From Octopus sinensis (lineage: Eukaryota), in contig NC_043004.1 in NCBI RefSeq assembly GCF_006345805.1, positions 52,700,001 to 52,764,000 of the forward strand: DNA of 64,000 nt, in the 5' to 3' direction. How positions within the stretch are numbered: the first letter of the stretch is position 1; each line of letters opens with the position of its first letter. Positions 25,586 to 38,309 of the stretch are shown one piece after another. Made by a program: the position numbers and the translations under genes. The notes beneath the pieces were generated by a model. The model was not told the DNA's origin, did not search any database, and worked only from the letters and a program-made list of their open reading frames with translations.

Positions 25586-25643
25586 GTATGCATGAATGTG
25601 TGTATACTGGTTTATAAATGTACATATACAAACACATAGATAT

Positions 25644-26045
25644 AGGCGCAGGAGTGGCTGTGTGGTAAGTAGCTTGTTTACCAACCACATGGTTCCGGGT
25701 TCAGTCCCACTGCGTGGCACCTTGGGCAAGTGTTTTCTACTATAGCCTCGGGCCGACCAAAGCCTTGTGAGTGGATTTGGTAGATGGAAACTGAAAGAAG
25801 CCCGTCGTATATATGTATATATATATATGTGTGCGTGTGTGTTTGTGTGTCTGTGTTTGTACCCCTAGCATTGCTTGACAACCAATGCTGGTGTGTTTAT
25901 GTCCCCGTCACTTAGCGGTTCGGCAAAAGAGACCGATAGAATAAGTACTGGGCTTACAAAGAATAAGTACCGGGGTCGATTTGCTCGATTACAGGTGGTG
26001 CTCCAGCATGACCGCAGTCAAATGACTGAAACAAGTAAAAGAGAG
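25644..26045 (+). mobile_element. SINE family A, full length
   Basis: AGGCGCAGGAGTGGCTGTGTGGTAAG...GGTTCAGTCCC head through GACTGAAACAAGTAAAAGAG tail. Confidence 0.93.
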
Positions 26046-26489
26046 AGAGAAAGAGTAAACCCACGCATATACGCAAACGTACATGTATATTAGTTAAGAG
26101 GATAATTATAATCCAGGCAATCACCAAATCAGCACTTTTTGCTTGGACGTGGCTAGCGAGGTCTTCCAATAACCGAAGTAGGATTACTTACCTGTCAGTT
26201 TATAACAAAAGAACAAGTTTTCCCACCCTTGGTATGTATAACTAAGTTAGCATATCACACTCCACAAAATAGTACAATCAACTGAACGCACGTCTGCGAG
26301 AACGCCACTTTCTTACACGAAAACTTATATAATAATTATTCAACTTCAGTTCCTTTATCTTAAATTTATATTGCATCTATCTAGCCTTGTATATTTTCCT
26401 CTTGATATGTATTACACCAAGACTTCAACACACGCACACATCAGATTCACATGTGCATATAGAGAACATCTTTCGGTAAATTTGGCCAA

Positions 26490-27170
26490 GTACGCGGTTC
26501 ACTAAGAATAAAACCCTCGGATTTTTCGCGTTATCATGTACCGTGACCTCCTAATATGCCGCAATCCCCTTATTTTGGTTCGAGAGGGAAAATTGGGGGC
26601 AATCGGATCAAGCCCGCTTCCCGGAATTATTGCAAAATGCTTTTCTTTTTTTGTTGAATGAATTACGATGACCTAATATACAAAGAAACACTTCTTTTGT
26701 CCGGAAAACTGAGGGTAGAGTTGAACCCACGGAAATATCACCCCCACCCATTTCACAGGAAAATAGAAATTAATAGAAACGAAGTCTGGGCAGGAGAGAG
26801 AAATAATCATACAAAATTCTTCTAAAATACTTTTTTCTAAATTTTATCAATATAAAGATTGGTTCGAATAAAATTTTCAAGGCTGTGTCCCAGCGTGGCC
26901 GCAGACCAGTGACTGAAACAAGTATAAGATAAAACTGCAAGAACGTACACCCTGCAGAATTGTGTTTGCGCGTGTGTGTGTGAAACAAGAAAAGTATAAT
27001 ATTAAAGCTAAATATCTTCTTCATACCTCTTAAAATCACATGGATACATTAATCTCACATTGCAGAATAAATTGAAATGGTATGGAGTGTTTCAGAAAAA
27101 AAAATTCACTTACGTTTTTCAAGTTTTCCCGCCGAAACTCTAATCGGTTAACTAATGCGTTTCATTTTTG
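26490..27170 (-). repeat. Old dispersed repeat, interrupted; a second copy lies at about 29850-30020 (+)
   Basis: ATGAAACGCAT.AGTTA.CCGATTAG..TTTCGGC.GGAAAACTTG and ACGCGAAAAATCCGAG are shared between the two loci in opposite orientation. Confidence 0.6.
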
Positions 27171-27173
27171 CGT

Positions 27174-27218
<45 letters not shown>

Positions 27219-27650
27219 GAGACTATGGATATAGTAAGAAAGAAAGAGCATTCTATGAAATAGATGGGAGACATAAATGAAATTTAGAATATCTTAAATG
27301 ATAGTAATGAGATTTGAAAAACTTGGGATTTACGTTATCCAGCTGAAGAACAATCTTCTATGGATATTTTCCGATTTCTCCTTTCATGGTGTCGTATAGA
27401 ACTGGGTACCTGGAATTGTCCTTATTTAGTCAAAGGACACGGCTGGCCTGAGTGGAGTACATAAAACTGGGCTGCCTCTCGAAATTATTTGTGGTGTAAC
27501 AATGTTTTATCTTTCTCTGAGGAGGTATTAATGCAAATATTTTGACTGAATATCTAGCTTTCTCATCCAATTCTTTTATGTTCCTCCACAAACGTCCAAT
27601 GTTTTGTGTGTTTATGCGTGTATGTGTTAATAATTGATAAACCATTAAAT

Positions 27651-27824
27651 TATTGCAGGCAGCCCAAGAATCACACTAAATAACTGAGCCAGGTTTGATT
27701 TATACTTGCATCAGAGGAACTAGTGTCTCTCTGTTACGATACTCATTTATTACTGGCACGATGAAACGACGCTTACTGGTTCGCTCTATTCCATCAAATA
27801 ACCAAACTTGGCTCAGAAATCGAC
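27651..27824. repeat. About 150-170 bp hairpin-forming dispersed repeat; inverted copy at 31614-31765
   Basis: The two copies are reverse complements (this copy has an extra 22 bp). Internal inverted repeat CTGAGCCAGGTTTG...CAAACTTGGCTCAG. Confidence 0.85.
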
Positions 27825-28291
27825 TCTTCCCTATTTCCGGTGGACATTGAAGGTCTCATCAATTTCGATGAAAATTCTCTGCTATTTCGTTGCAGTTTGC
27901 GAGACCACTTTTCTGTTAATTCACAACAGAACGACCTCCAATCTACAAATCTTGAACACAGCTTCAGGCTTTTCCCCATTATGATACGACTCCAAGAACT
28001 ATGTAGAAATTGGTTTACAATAAGAATGGTTCTCCTCGGTGGAATGTGAAAATTAGGAAGAAAGGACACTTGAAAGTCCGATACAGGAAAACCACACTGC
28101 CGCCGTTTTTTGTTTAGATTTACCAACAGTGTAACTCTTTCTGCATCGCCAGAGACGCCGGTCCTTTCTTTACATGCATTCACTCCGAGATCATGGAAAT
28201 ATCACAGTAGTGGGCAGAACACCTTGTTTCTGGAAGAATTCAATAGATTTTCCGTCATCCTCAAAAAGTTAATGAATGGAACTATATAGTA

Positions 28292-28716
28292 AGGCGCAGG
28301 AGTGACTGTGTGGTAAGTAGCTTGTTTACCAACCACATAGTTCCGGGTTCAGTCCCACTGCATGGCATCTTGGGCAAGTGTCTTCTGCTATAGCCCCGGG
28401 CCGACCAAAGCCTTGTGAGTGGATTTGGTAGACGGAAACTGAAAGAAGCCCGTCGTATATATGTATATATATATATATGTGTGTGTGTGTGACATTGTAT
28501 ATCTGTGCTTGTCCCCCCAACATCGCTTGACAACCGATGCTGGTGTGTTTATGTCCCCGTCACTTAGCGGTTCGTGAAAGAGACCGATAGAATAAGTACT
28601 GGGCTTACAAAGAATAAGTCCCGGGGTCGAGTTACTCGATTAAAGGCGGTGCTCCAGCATGGCCGCAGTCAAATGACTGAAACAAGTAAAAAGAGAGAGT
28701 AAAAAGAGTAAAGAGT
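28292..28716 (+). mobile_element. SINE family A, full length
   Basis: Colinear with 25644-26045; (GAGTAAAA)-type tail. Confidence 0.93.
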
Positions 28717-29001
28717 ATTTGAAGTGACAGGTTCCACACTGCATCATGGTAGAACTAATCCCGAACAGCTCGGCAAATGCTGCTTTCTTCTTTTTATGTT
28801 TTTCATTTATCCCCCCCTCTCTAACACACACACAGACACACACACACACACACACACAAATGCATAGTACTGTGGAAGAGATAAATGTTTATATCTTGAA
28901 CACACACAATATTGTATGTAAATTAAGAACGTTTTTAAAAGATGCAATATTTTTCCATTTGAATATATTTCTTTTCTCGAACAACATTTAAGATATATTT
29001 A

Positions 29002-29791
29002 TCTCTCTATATATAAACGGCAGTTTGTCTGTCTGTGTGTCTGTGTGTCTGTCAGGTTGTACCCTCACCCTGACCACGGCTTTCAACCGATTCTGATGAA
29101 ACTTGACACACACATAGCCCAATGTCATAATTCAAAACTAACGCAGCGAAAATTTTGAAAAGTTCCCCCAGTTCTGAAAAAAAATCGATAAATTTGACAT
29201 GGGTCGAGAATCTAAGCTTTTTATATGCAACACATTTTCTATAGACTGTCTAGGGGACGCAACTCGACCTTTTTAACTCTCGGAACGCGTGGAGTAAGTA
29301 TCCCAAAATGTATAAAAATGTACAAAAACGGCAAAAAAGCGGGCAGCAATGTGAGTGACAACAACGAAAATGTCAAATGTGACCAAACTGAACAAACGAA
29401 TGGACACGACAAAAGCGGTTTATAATAAACCAAGAGTTTGCAAATAGCATCTTAGGACCCTTAGGGTACGTCAAAAATTTAAGGTAAAACGTTTGGGGTG
29501 GTAGTTATAAAGAAAGTGTAAGCAAAAAAAGTATTCGAATAACTTGCGGCTGCAGTAGCTATTAGCAGAAGTGGCGGTGTTGGGGGTAAAGTCTCGAATG
29601 TAATTTCTTCCTGGTAGGAATTGGTTGGGTTGAATTATCGATAGCTGTTTGATAGTTATTTGGGAGTGAAGAGAAGACATTGCAACCTACACATGCGCCT
29701 TCCTTCCCTAGAGGGAAAGTACTAGATTGGGATTAGTCGTTGCCTACTAGGGTCTCTTACATACCCGGGCAACGCTGGGCTATGCTGCTAG
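29002..29791 (+). mobile_element. Non-autonomous Helitron
   Basis: A|TCTCTCTATATATAAA 5' end followed by (GTCT/GTGT)n. Subterminal hairpin CCCGGGCAACGCTGGG (29764-29779). Ends CTAG|T, i.e. inserted between A and T with no TSD. Confidence 0.8.
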
Positions 29792-30148
29792 TTTTAAATA
29801 ACTTCTTTGTGGACAGAAAAAATTGGTTCTTTGTCTCTCCCCACACAAAGATGAAACGCATAAGTTACCCGATTAGCATTTCGGCAGGAAAACTTGCAAT
29901 GTTAAAGAGATTGTTCTTACACATTCACCCCTATTCTTTCCAAAATGAAATAAGGCGTTTGTGGCATAAAAAGAGGCCAGGGTAGTTGATTCCACGCGAA
30001 AAATCCGAGATTTCTATTTTTATTGAATCACGTACAGTTGTACTTGTACAAACTTACCCATATTTCTCTCACACTCAAACATCCATGTATATACAAAGTA
30101 AGAGATATTCACATACACCATATATATATAAACACATATGCACATCAT

Positions 30149-30548
30149 AGGCGTAGGAGTGACTGTGTGGTAAGTGGCTTGCTTACGAACCACATATTTC
30201 CGGGTTCAGTCCAACTGCATGGCACCTTGGGCAGGTGTCTTCTACTACAGCCTCGTGCCGACCAAATCCTTATGAGTGGATTTGGTAGACGGAAACTGAA
30301 AGAAGCCCGTCGTATATATGTATATACGTATGTATGTGTATATGTTTGTGTGTTTGTCCCACCCAACATCACTTGACGACCGATGAAGGTGTGTTTACGT
30401 CCCCGTAACTTAGCGTTTCGGCAAAAGAGACCGATAGAATAGGTACTAGACTTACAAAGAATAAGTCCTGGGGTCGATTTTCTGGACTAAAGGCGGTGCT
30501 CTATCATGGCCACAGTCAAATAAATGAAACAAGTAAAAGAGTAAAAAT
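30149..30548 (+). mobile_element. SINE family A
   Basis: Colinear with the other family A copies. Confidence 0.92.
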
Positions 30549-30594
30549 GTATACAGAGTTTCAAATTTGCACACTCAAGCCATGCTTATTTGAA

Positions 30595-31090
30595 TACCTC
30601 TTATCTAATCGACTCCTGCCCTCCTTCAAACGAGCCCATAACCTACGGGATCTCTTGGTCCACGGCTTCTTCCCCGACCCTACCTCCCAACCTGGCTCGT
30701 TCCCCTGCTCCCGCCCACGTTGCCGCACTTGCCCTTACCTCTCCAACACCACCCTCCTAACCGGCACCCATCATCGATCCTATCGCATCATCGACTCCTT
30801 CACCTGTATCTCCAGCAATATCATTTATTGCATCTCCTGCTCTCTCTGCCATTCCCTGTACATAGGACAAACGGGAGGCCGCTTGGCGGACCGGTTCGCG
30901 GAACACCTCCGAGACATCCGCCTCGCCAATGACACTCCAGTCTCACGCCATTTCCGCTCCACCGGTCACTCCTTGCAACACCTGTCTGTGTTCAGATTGT
31001 CCTTGCACAGAGGCCATCCGGATTCCCGCTTGCGCCGTGGACAGGGATTAATCTTCTCTCTTCGCTCTTTTACGCCATTCGGGCTCAACT
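30595..31090 (+). pseudogene. GIY-YIG endonuclease domain of the PLE ORF (5'-truncated, RT missing)
   Basis: Part of track ORF 30496-31308. Its first residues come from SINE tail and its last residues from the CT-rich tract. Confidence 0.88.
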
Positions 31091-31424
31091 CTCCCCCCCT
31101 TTCATCTAACCTCCTCCTCGACTCCTACTTCTCTTCAGTCCTACATCTTTACACCCCTACTCTCTTTCCCTCCTCTACCCTTCTTTTCCTTCTTCCCCCT
31201 TCTTCCCCTTCCCCCTCTTCTCTCTTCTTCCCTCTTCCCCTTCTCTCTTTCTCTCAGCTCCCTCACTTCCCTTCTCTCCCCTCTTCCTCCTCCTCCTCCT
31301 CTCCCTAACACTCCCCTCCTCTCCACCTCTCCCCTCCCCCATCATTCCCCTCCTCTCCCTCCTCTCCCTCCTCTCTCCCCTCTCTTCTCGCTCCTTGTTT
31401 CACTCCTTGTTTTTATTCTGTGTA

Positions 31425-31462
31425 TCTTTCTGTCGAAGAGCGTAGGCTCGAAACGTAATAGA
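31425..31462 (+). ncRNA. Minimal hammerhead motif with non-canonical core CUGUCGA
   Basis: UCUUU-CUGUCGA-A-GAGC-GUAG-GCUC-GAAAC-GUA/AUAGA. The 16 kb copy reads AAAGA, which would give a perfect stem I. Confidence 0.72.
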
Positions 31463-31558
31463 CTTTTTCTATTTCTATTCCTGAGCCCTATACTAATACA
31501 TGTGTCTGTTTGTACTCCACCTGTCTTCGTCTTTTGTTTATTTTCGTAACCCTTCCCG

Positions 31559-31606
<48 letters not shown>

Positions 31607-31776
31607 ATATATAGTCGCATTCTGAGCCACGTTTGGTTATTTGATGGAATAGAGCTAACCAGTAAGCGTCGTTTCGTCGTGCCATTAATAAATGAGTTCC
31701 TCTGATGCAAGCATAAATCAAACCTGGCTCAGTTACTTATAGTGATTCTTGGGGTGCCTGCAATATATATATTTAA

Positions 31777-31810
<34 letters not shown>

Positions 31811-32130
31811 GTATGTATATATATACAGTGATAAATGAAAGACATGACGTTTTCAAGTAAAAGTGTTCATGTATTATTGTGAAAACATCAGTTAGCGCAT
31901 TATATCGCCGTGACTTGCCTCTGCTAAGAAATGGCGTAAACAAAAACCAAGGAAAAATATGAGGCCACTATTAATCATTTTATACATAAACACCAAAGGA
32001 TACTGGCATCATATTGTCCCCAATTAACATAAAGTATATACAAATGAAATACAAAACTTCTCCAATAAAATATATTAAATATGGACGTAACATACATATA
32101 CACACGCACGCAAACACACACATACTCTCA

Positions 32131-32206
<76 letters not shown>

Positions 32207-32306
32207 TTATTTATATATACATATATATAATATGCATATATTATGTATATCTATATATATATATGTGTATATATACATACATATATATACATATATATAT
32301 ATATAT

Positions 32307-32360
<54 letters not shown>

Positions 32361-33383
32361 ATATATGAGAGTATTTTATTGATATATTAAAGAATTTTCA
32401 TATTTCATTTATGTGTACTTTATGTTAATTTAGTAAAAAATAGTTTCGAATGTCTGTTGGTGTTTATAGATGGAGTGATTAATGGTCGTACATATGTGCT
32501 AGAGTATATATGCGTCACGTGTACAAATATGCTCAGATATATATATGTGTATGTATGTATGTATGTATGTATGTATGTATGCATGTATGTATATATATAA
32601 GCTGACTCATAGTACTTCAACTGAATTGTGTTGGTATATTCAAATGTGCTACTCAACCAGTCAATTTTCATTGAAATATAACTTATTGTGAATGATATTG
32701 ACAGAATTTTTCTGTTAATTAATTCCAGTTTCATAACACAATGCACACACCAGCAATTGCGCTATTTGCTCCTTACGACACAGAAGATGCGTGTTGACGA
32801 TACAGGAATATATGCATACTTCGGTCCTATCATGATATTCATGTCCCAGGATTGCTTTTCGCACATATTACCTGTAAGGAGAATATTTTATCCCGTGACC
32901 TTCTCGCTGAATCTATTAAATATATTTATATAAGCCATATTTCAATTTAAGTCTGCTTCCTGGGTCTCTAGTTAATTAAATTCCAGGTGAATTAAGCCTG
33001 GAACATATCAGCAGATAAACTATTTGATGTCTACATGAATGAACGACCGTTGTTACAGGGAAATGCATGACAGATTTTAAGTTCGCAACAGATGAAAATT
33101 AACGAAAAATAATCGTACGCCTTCTGGGATCCGCTGAGGCCATTAATATCCCATTGGTGTGTTTCACGCATATCGTCTATGTAGAAAATTTTTCTGCTTA
33201 GACGATTTGCTCATCAAAGATCGCTTCCTGTCCGAATATACAAGAATGTGTTAAATATATTTGTTCATCTAATGATGCAGTCAGTGCTGCTTCGTAGGCC
33301 TCTATTTATACATACATGCATTTACACATACGTACACATACATACATTCATACATACGTACATACATATACATACATATATAC

Positions 33384-33460
<77 letters not shown>

Positions 33461-33649
33461 CATACATGGATATATACATACATACATACATGCATATACA
33501 CGAAATGTATATATCCACGTTTTAGCAGTCTGTGAAACGTTGTAAATTGATACTTCAGATTTCTACGCTCGGTTTTGGCGAACGCTATGACGTTTATGTT
33601 CTTATTCAAACAGATATAACCAAAATGTGCCAGATACCTCCTTAGATTT

Positions 33650-33968
33650 GGTTGTGTGGTAGTAGCTTCCTTACCAACCACATGGTTCCGGGTTCAGGCC
33701 CACTGTGTGGCCCCTTGGGCAACTGTCTTCTACTATAGCCTCGGGCCGACCAAAGCCTTGTGAGTGGATTTGCTAGACGGAAACTGAAAGAAGCCCGTCG
33801 TATATATGCATATTTATATGCATGGTAGTGTGTTTACGCCTCCGTAACTTAACGGTTCGGCAAAATAGACCGATAGAATAGTCCTGGGGTCGATTTGCTC
33901 GAATAAAGGCGGTGGTCCAGCATGGCTGCCGTCAAATGACTGAAAGAAGTAAAGGAGTAAAAGAGTAA
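33650..33968 (+). mobile_element. SINE family A with internal deletion
   Basis: Head and tail match family A; about 40 bp after the microsatellite are missing. Confidence 0.9.
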
Positions 33969-34429
33969 TGTCTCTCTGTAATCCACAAATACATTTGAAC
34001 TGTCTCAGATTTCCATTAGAGTACAGATTTGTGGGGAGTATAGCACGTGATATATCTTGCTGTTTAACAAAATAACAAGCAACACACTCCGTTTATCAAA
34101 AATTTGCTCATTCGGAGAAAGATTGAAAATAATTATAACTAAATGGATATGGTAGTGTGACATGCAAAAAAATGGCATTAAAGCCACTGCAAGTGACACT
34201 GTAGTCCCTTAAAAACAAAATTATCTATAGACAAATGCATCCCTCATATAAAACAATTGGTAAGTGTTAGCGCCTGCATAGATGTCTTTGTAAATTCTCA
34301 TTCTGTAGAGGATATCATACAAATAATACAAAGAAAAGCCTTACACTAGAGAGGTTGATAGAAGGATAATTATGTGGAGAACAGATTCTCTCATGGGTTA
34401 GTGCATCACTATTAGCATTGCTACACTTT

Positions 34430-34800
34430 CGCTATTTGAAAGAAACCACCTCAGACGTGTAACATTTGATGAATGGGGGAGCTTCATGTTGCTGCCATAA
34501 TCTGCGTTTCCTGTTGCGATATAGGTTCATCCAGAACACTTGAGAGGAGTAGGTTCAGATTTCTTTTGAAGTTATCTATGTCCGCCCCATGGAGATACTT
34601 GAGGCAGTTACCGGGGATAAAAAATTATCGCTGTTGTTTAAAAGGGGTAAAAACAGCATATCTGTCGAGTGCTACCACCTGTCGGATTTTAAGACATTGA
34701 CGTTTCTTTCTTTTACAATGGCAAATACTTAAGTCGACGAGAAATTTTCTGCCCAGTAACTGCAGTGAATTTGCTTTCAGCAGTTGAAATATGTCTCAAA
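34430..34800 (-). mobile_element. Degenerate CR1-type LINE 3' coding fragment
   Basis: Minus-strand translation NCLKYLHGADIDNFKRNLNLLLSSVLDEPISQQETQIMAA resembles the FK..LD..L..VPDEP C-terminus of CR1-group ORF2. Confidence 0.6.
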
Positions 34801-35243
34801 CATATTTTAAGTAATCTAATGTTTGCTTGAGGCAAAACACTCCTTGGCGCTGATATTACAGTAATATATGAATATATATATATACAAGTAAAAAAATTAC
34901 CTACATGAAGATATACACATGCATATATATTTATGTACATTTGTGATTCTGTACCTTTGTTATGTATAGATATATTTAAGTATAGTCAAACATGGACTGG
35001 AAGCATAGAAAACATAATTAATCAGAGTACCATCTTTATTTTACTAAGGCGAGTTTGATAGCCATTCTTATTCATAAATGCGTTTGCATTTTATACATGC
35101 ATGGACTCACATGCACGCACACACACATATACATATGAGAATGTAAATAATAAACATGAGTATATAAATACAAATACATATATCAATGCATGGTTCAAGA
35201 TACACACACGCCATACAGTATGTCTTGGTGTGCAAGCAAATTG

Positions 35244-35365
35244 AGTGCATTGAGTATATATTTTTATTCATACCTATACATACACATATTCATGCATACA
35301 TACAGAATATGGTACAGTAAAACTGAAACTGAAGTGTAGCAAAATTTCCTATACATCTATCTATA

Positions 35366-35409
<44 letters not shown>

Positions 35410-35568
35410 AATCTATATATCTATCTATACATGTCTATATACATGTACCATGTTTGAAATATATTAATATACTACTATATGTATATGTATATATACATTT
35501 ATTTATATGTGTGCGTGTGTGTACAGATAGATAGATGGTTACATGGGACGATAGACAAGTAGATAGAT

Positions 35569-35652
<84 letters not shown>

Positions 35653-35702
35653 ATATATATATATAGAGAGAGAGAAATAGATAGATAGATTGATAGATAG
35701 AG

Positions 35703-35786
<84 letters not shown>

Positions 35787-35897
35787 GTATATGAAATTTT
35801 TCTACGCTTCAGTTTCATTTTTACTGTACCATATTCTGTATGTATGCATGAATATGTATATGTATACGTATGAATAAAAATATATACTGAATGCACT
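35244..35897. repeat. Long inverted repeat (about 115 bp complex arm plus ATCT/AGAT tract on each side)
   Basis: 35244-35360 is about 90% identical to the reverse complement of 35782-35897, with several substitutions. Confidence 0.9.
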
Positions 35898-36254
35898 TTG
35901 ATGTCTAATATATCCTTCTTATAATAAAACAAGATATTTATATTCAATGCATAAAACTTCAAATATAAACAGATAGCAAAATGAAAATTATCATTCATAT
36001 TTTCTACTATACTTATTCGAAGTTTCATACTCAAACACCCGACACACATATTAACAATGACATAATGTATATACACTCACACACGCGCGCGCACATACAC
36101 ACATATACGTAGGAATATATGTCAATATATATATATATATATGTATACATATATATATATATATATATATATATGTGTACCTGTATATATATATATACAT
36201 ATATATATACATATATATATATACATATATATATATGTATACATATATACACAC

Positions 36255-36349
<95 letters not shown>

Positions 36350-37149
36350 GTATGTATGTATGTACATATGTATCCTATGTATGTATATATATTTAGAAGT
36401 ACTTGAATACATGAATGTATTTCAATGTGTTTTTCCAATAATCTTCCACTCCCATTTAATTTATTCACATAAATTCATATATGCTGACGCACAGACACTT
36501 ACGTATGTTTTCCTGTATACGCGCGTGTGCGCGTATATAATCCTACGTTCCATATTCGATATATTAATACACTATCTTTATTCATCTTTTAAACAACCAA
36601 CTCATCGTATTTTGTCTTCTTCTCACGTTTCAGCGATTCTGCTGTCCTCATTATTAAATAGCACTTCACATGGTTGTTGTCGTTGTTGCACAACGTATAT
36701 ATAAACTTGTTATTGTACAATAAGTATATTTTCTTGTTGTTGTGTAATATAACATTAGTAATTTAAACGTTTCACATTATATATTCAATATTTTTGCTAT
36801 ATATTCCTTTCATATTTACCGTAAAGATAATAATGTCTTGTGATAAAAATGATTATATTTGTTTATTTGCATATGTGTCCACACTGGATATTTGTTTGTT
36901 TAGCTCTGTTGTTATTGTATTTTGTTTATTCTCAGAACACCCTCATCACAACCGGACTTTTGCTAAAAGACTATCTAGACGTCTAGATGCAATTCATGTT
37001 TCAGACATAGAATATCTAAATCTATATTACTTAATGCGTTTCAATTTAAAGATGAGTCGATGTTTTTCGGATAAATAACAACTGATAGTTCTTAGTATGC
37101 CACATGAACATTTTTTGAGCCCTTTTTTGCAAATAATATCTAGTGTAAC

Positions 37150-37770
37150 TTCAGGTGGTGAGCTGCCAGAAACGACAGAAACGTTAGCATCATTACGGGG
37201 TCGATTAAAAAAGTTCCAGGTACGCACTGGGGTCGATTTAAAAAGTACCAGTTACGCACTGGAGTCGATATAATGGCCTTAATCCCTTTGTCTGTCCTTG
37301 TTTGTCCCCTCTATGTTTAGCTTCTATGGGCAATAAAGTGTAATATATAGTGTAACTTAAGGCGGCGAGCTGGCAGAAACTTTGGCACGCTGGACGAAAA
37401 TGCTTAGCTGTATTTCGTCTGCCGCTACGTTCTGAGTTCAAATTCCGCCGAGGCCGACTTTTCATCCTTTCGGGGTCGATTGAATAAGGACTAGTTACGC
37501 ACTGTCGTCGATATAATCGACTTAATCTGTTTGTCTGTTCATTTTTGTCCCCTCTATGTGTAGCTTCTTGTGTAAAGAAATCAGAAACGTTAACACGCTA
37601 AGCGAAATGCTTAGCGGCATTTCGTCTGTCTTTAAGTTCTGAGTTCAAATTCCGCCGAGACCTACATTACCTTTCATTCTTTCGCGGTCGATAAATTAAG
37701 TACTAGTTGCGTACTGGTCTCGATCTAATCGACTGGCCCCTCCCGCAAAATTTTGAACCTTGTTCCTATT
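37150..37770 (+). mobile_element. Three head-to-tail family B SINE copies
   Basis: Copies at about 37150, 37358 and 37580. The first has an internal deletion and a 33-bp duplication. The first two end in the Tx1-like tail. Confidence 0.85.
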
Positions 37771-38309
37771 TGTTGTCGGTCTCGTCGTCTGCGCAGCCGA
37801 ATACGCTTGTCAGCCCTCATCGAGTAAAAGTACGTTGAAAAGAATTCCAAAACTCACCCTGTTTGCCAGTTAGAAATATCATAAGAAAAGCTCTTTTGCT
37901 AAGATGAAGGGACATAGGGTTTTGTAGGAGTTCAGCAGTATGTCTACCTTCTCAACTGATCACATAAAACATTCATTCTTTGGTCTATTTTGCTCGTAGA
38001 TCTCACGGTTATATGTTAATACTTTCTAGACAAAAATGCAAATCTATATAAAAATATACACACATATGATAATTTAACAGCAACTTAGAAAAGATAATCG
38101 AAATAAAATTAATAGTTTGAAATATTTATCATATAATTATTGATGTAAACTGGATTTCTTTTATTTACATCAAGCTCTATGCGAAGTAATTTGCACAAAA
38201 AATATTTTTGATACAACCAACAGAGTATCTAAATAATTGAATAGCACAGTTACGTAATTTTATTTTAAATTCTACGCTTAATAATAATTTCATTCGTGCT
38301 GTATATTCG

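Larger units (their letters stand above)
30595..31560 (+). mobile_element. Penelope-like element 3' fragment (Neptune-like): Cys linker, GIY-YIG endonuclease, polypyrimidine tract and pLTR with hammerhead
   Basis: FKRAHNLRDLLV...PGSFPCSRPRCRTCPYL linker, NIIYCISCSLC..LYIGQT, RFAEHLRDI, PVSRHF..GH. Terminal repeat is shared with 16074-16202 and ends at (TA)n. Confidence 0.9.

Noticed and set aside
27100-27170. Strong minus-strand donor AAC/GTAAGT
   Set aside because: It lies within a dispersed repeat also present at about 29850.
27430-27645. INTQNIGRLWRNIKE resembling the Merlin/IS1595 HTQ.IE..W motif
   Set aside because: It is a single short motif with no flanking transposase similarity or TIRs seen.
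27840-28285. Coding-looking block, possibly a BEL/Pao or other TE remnant
   Set aside because: There are stops in all frames and no motif could be matched convincingly.
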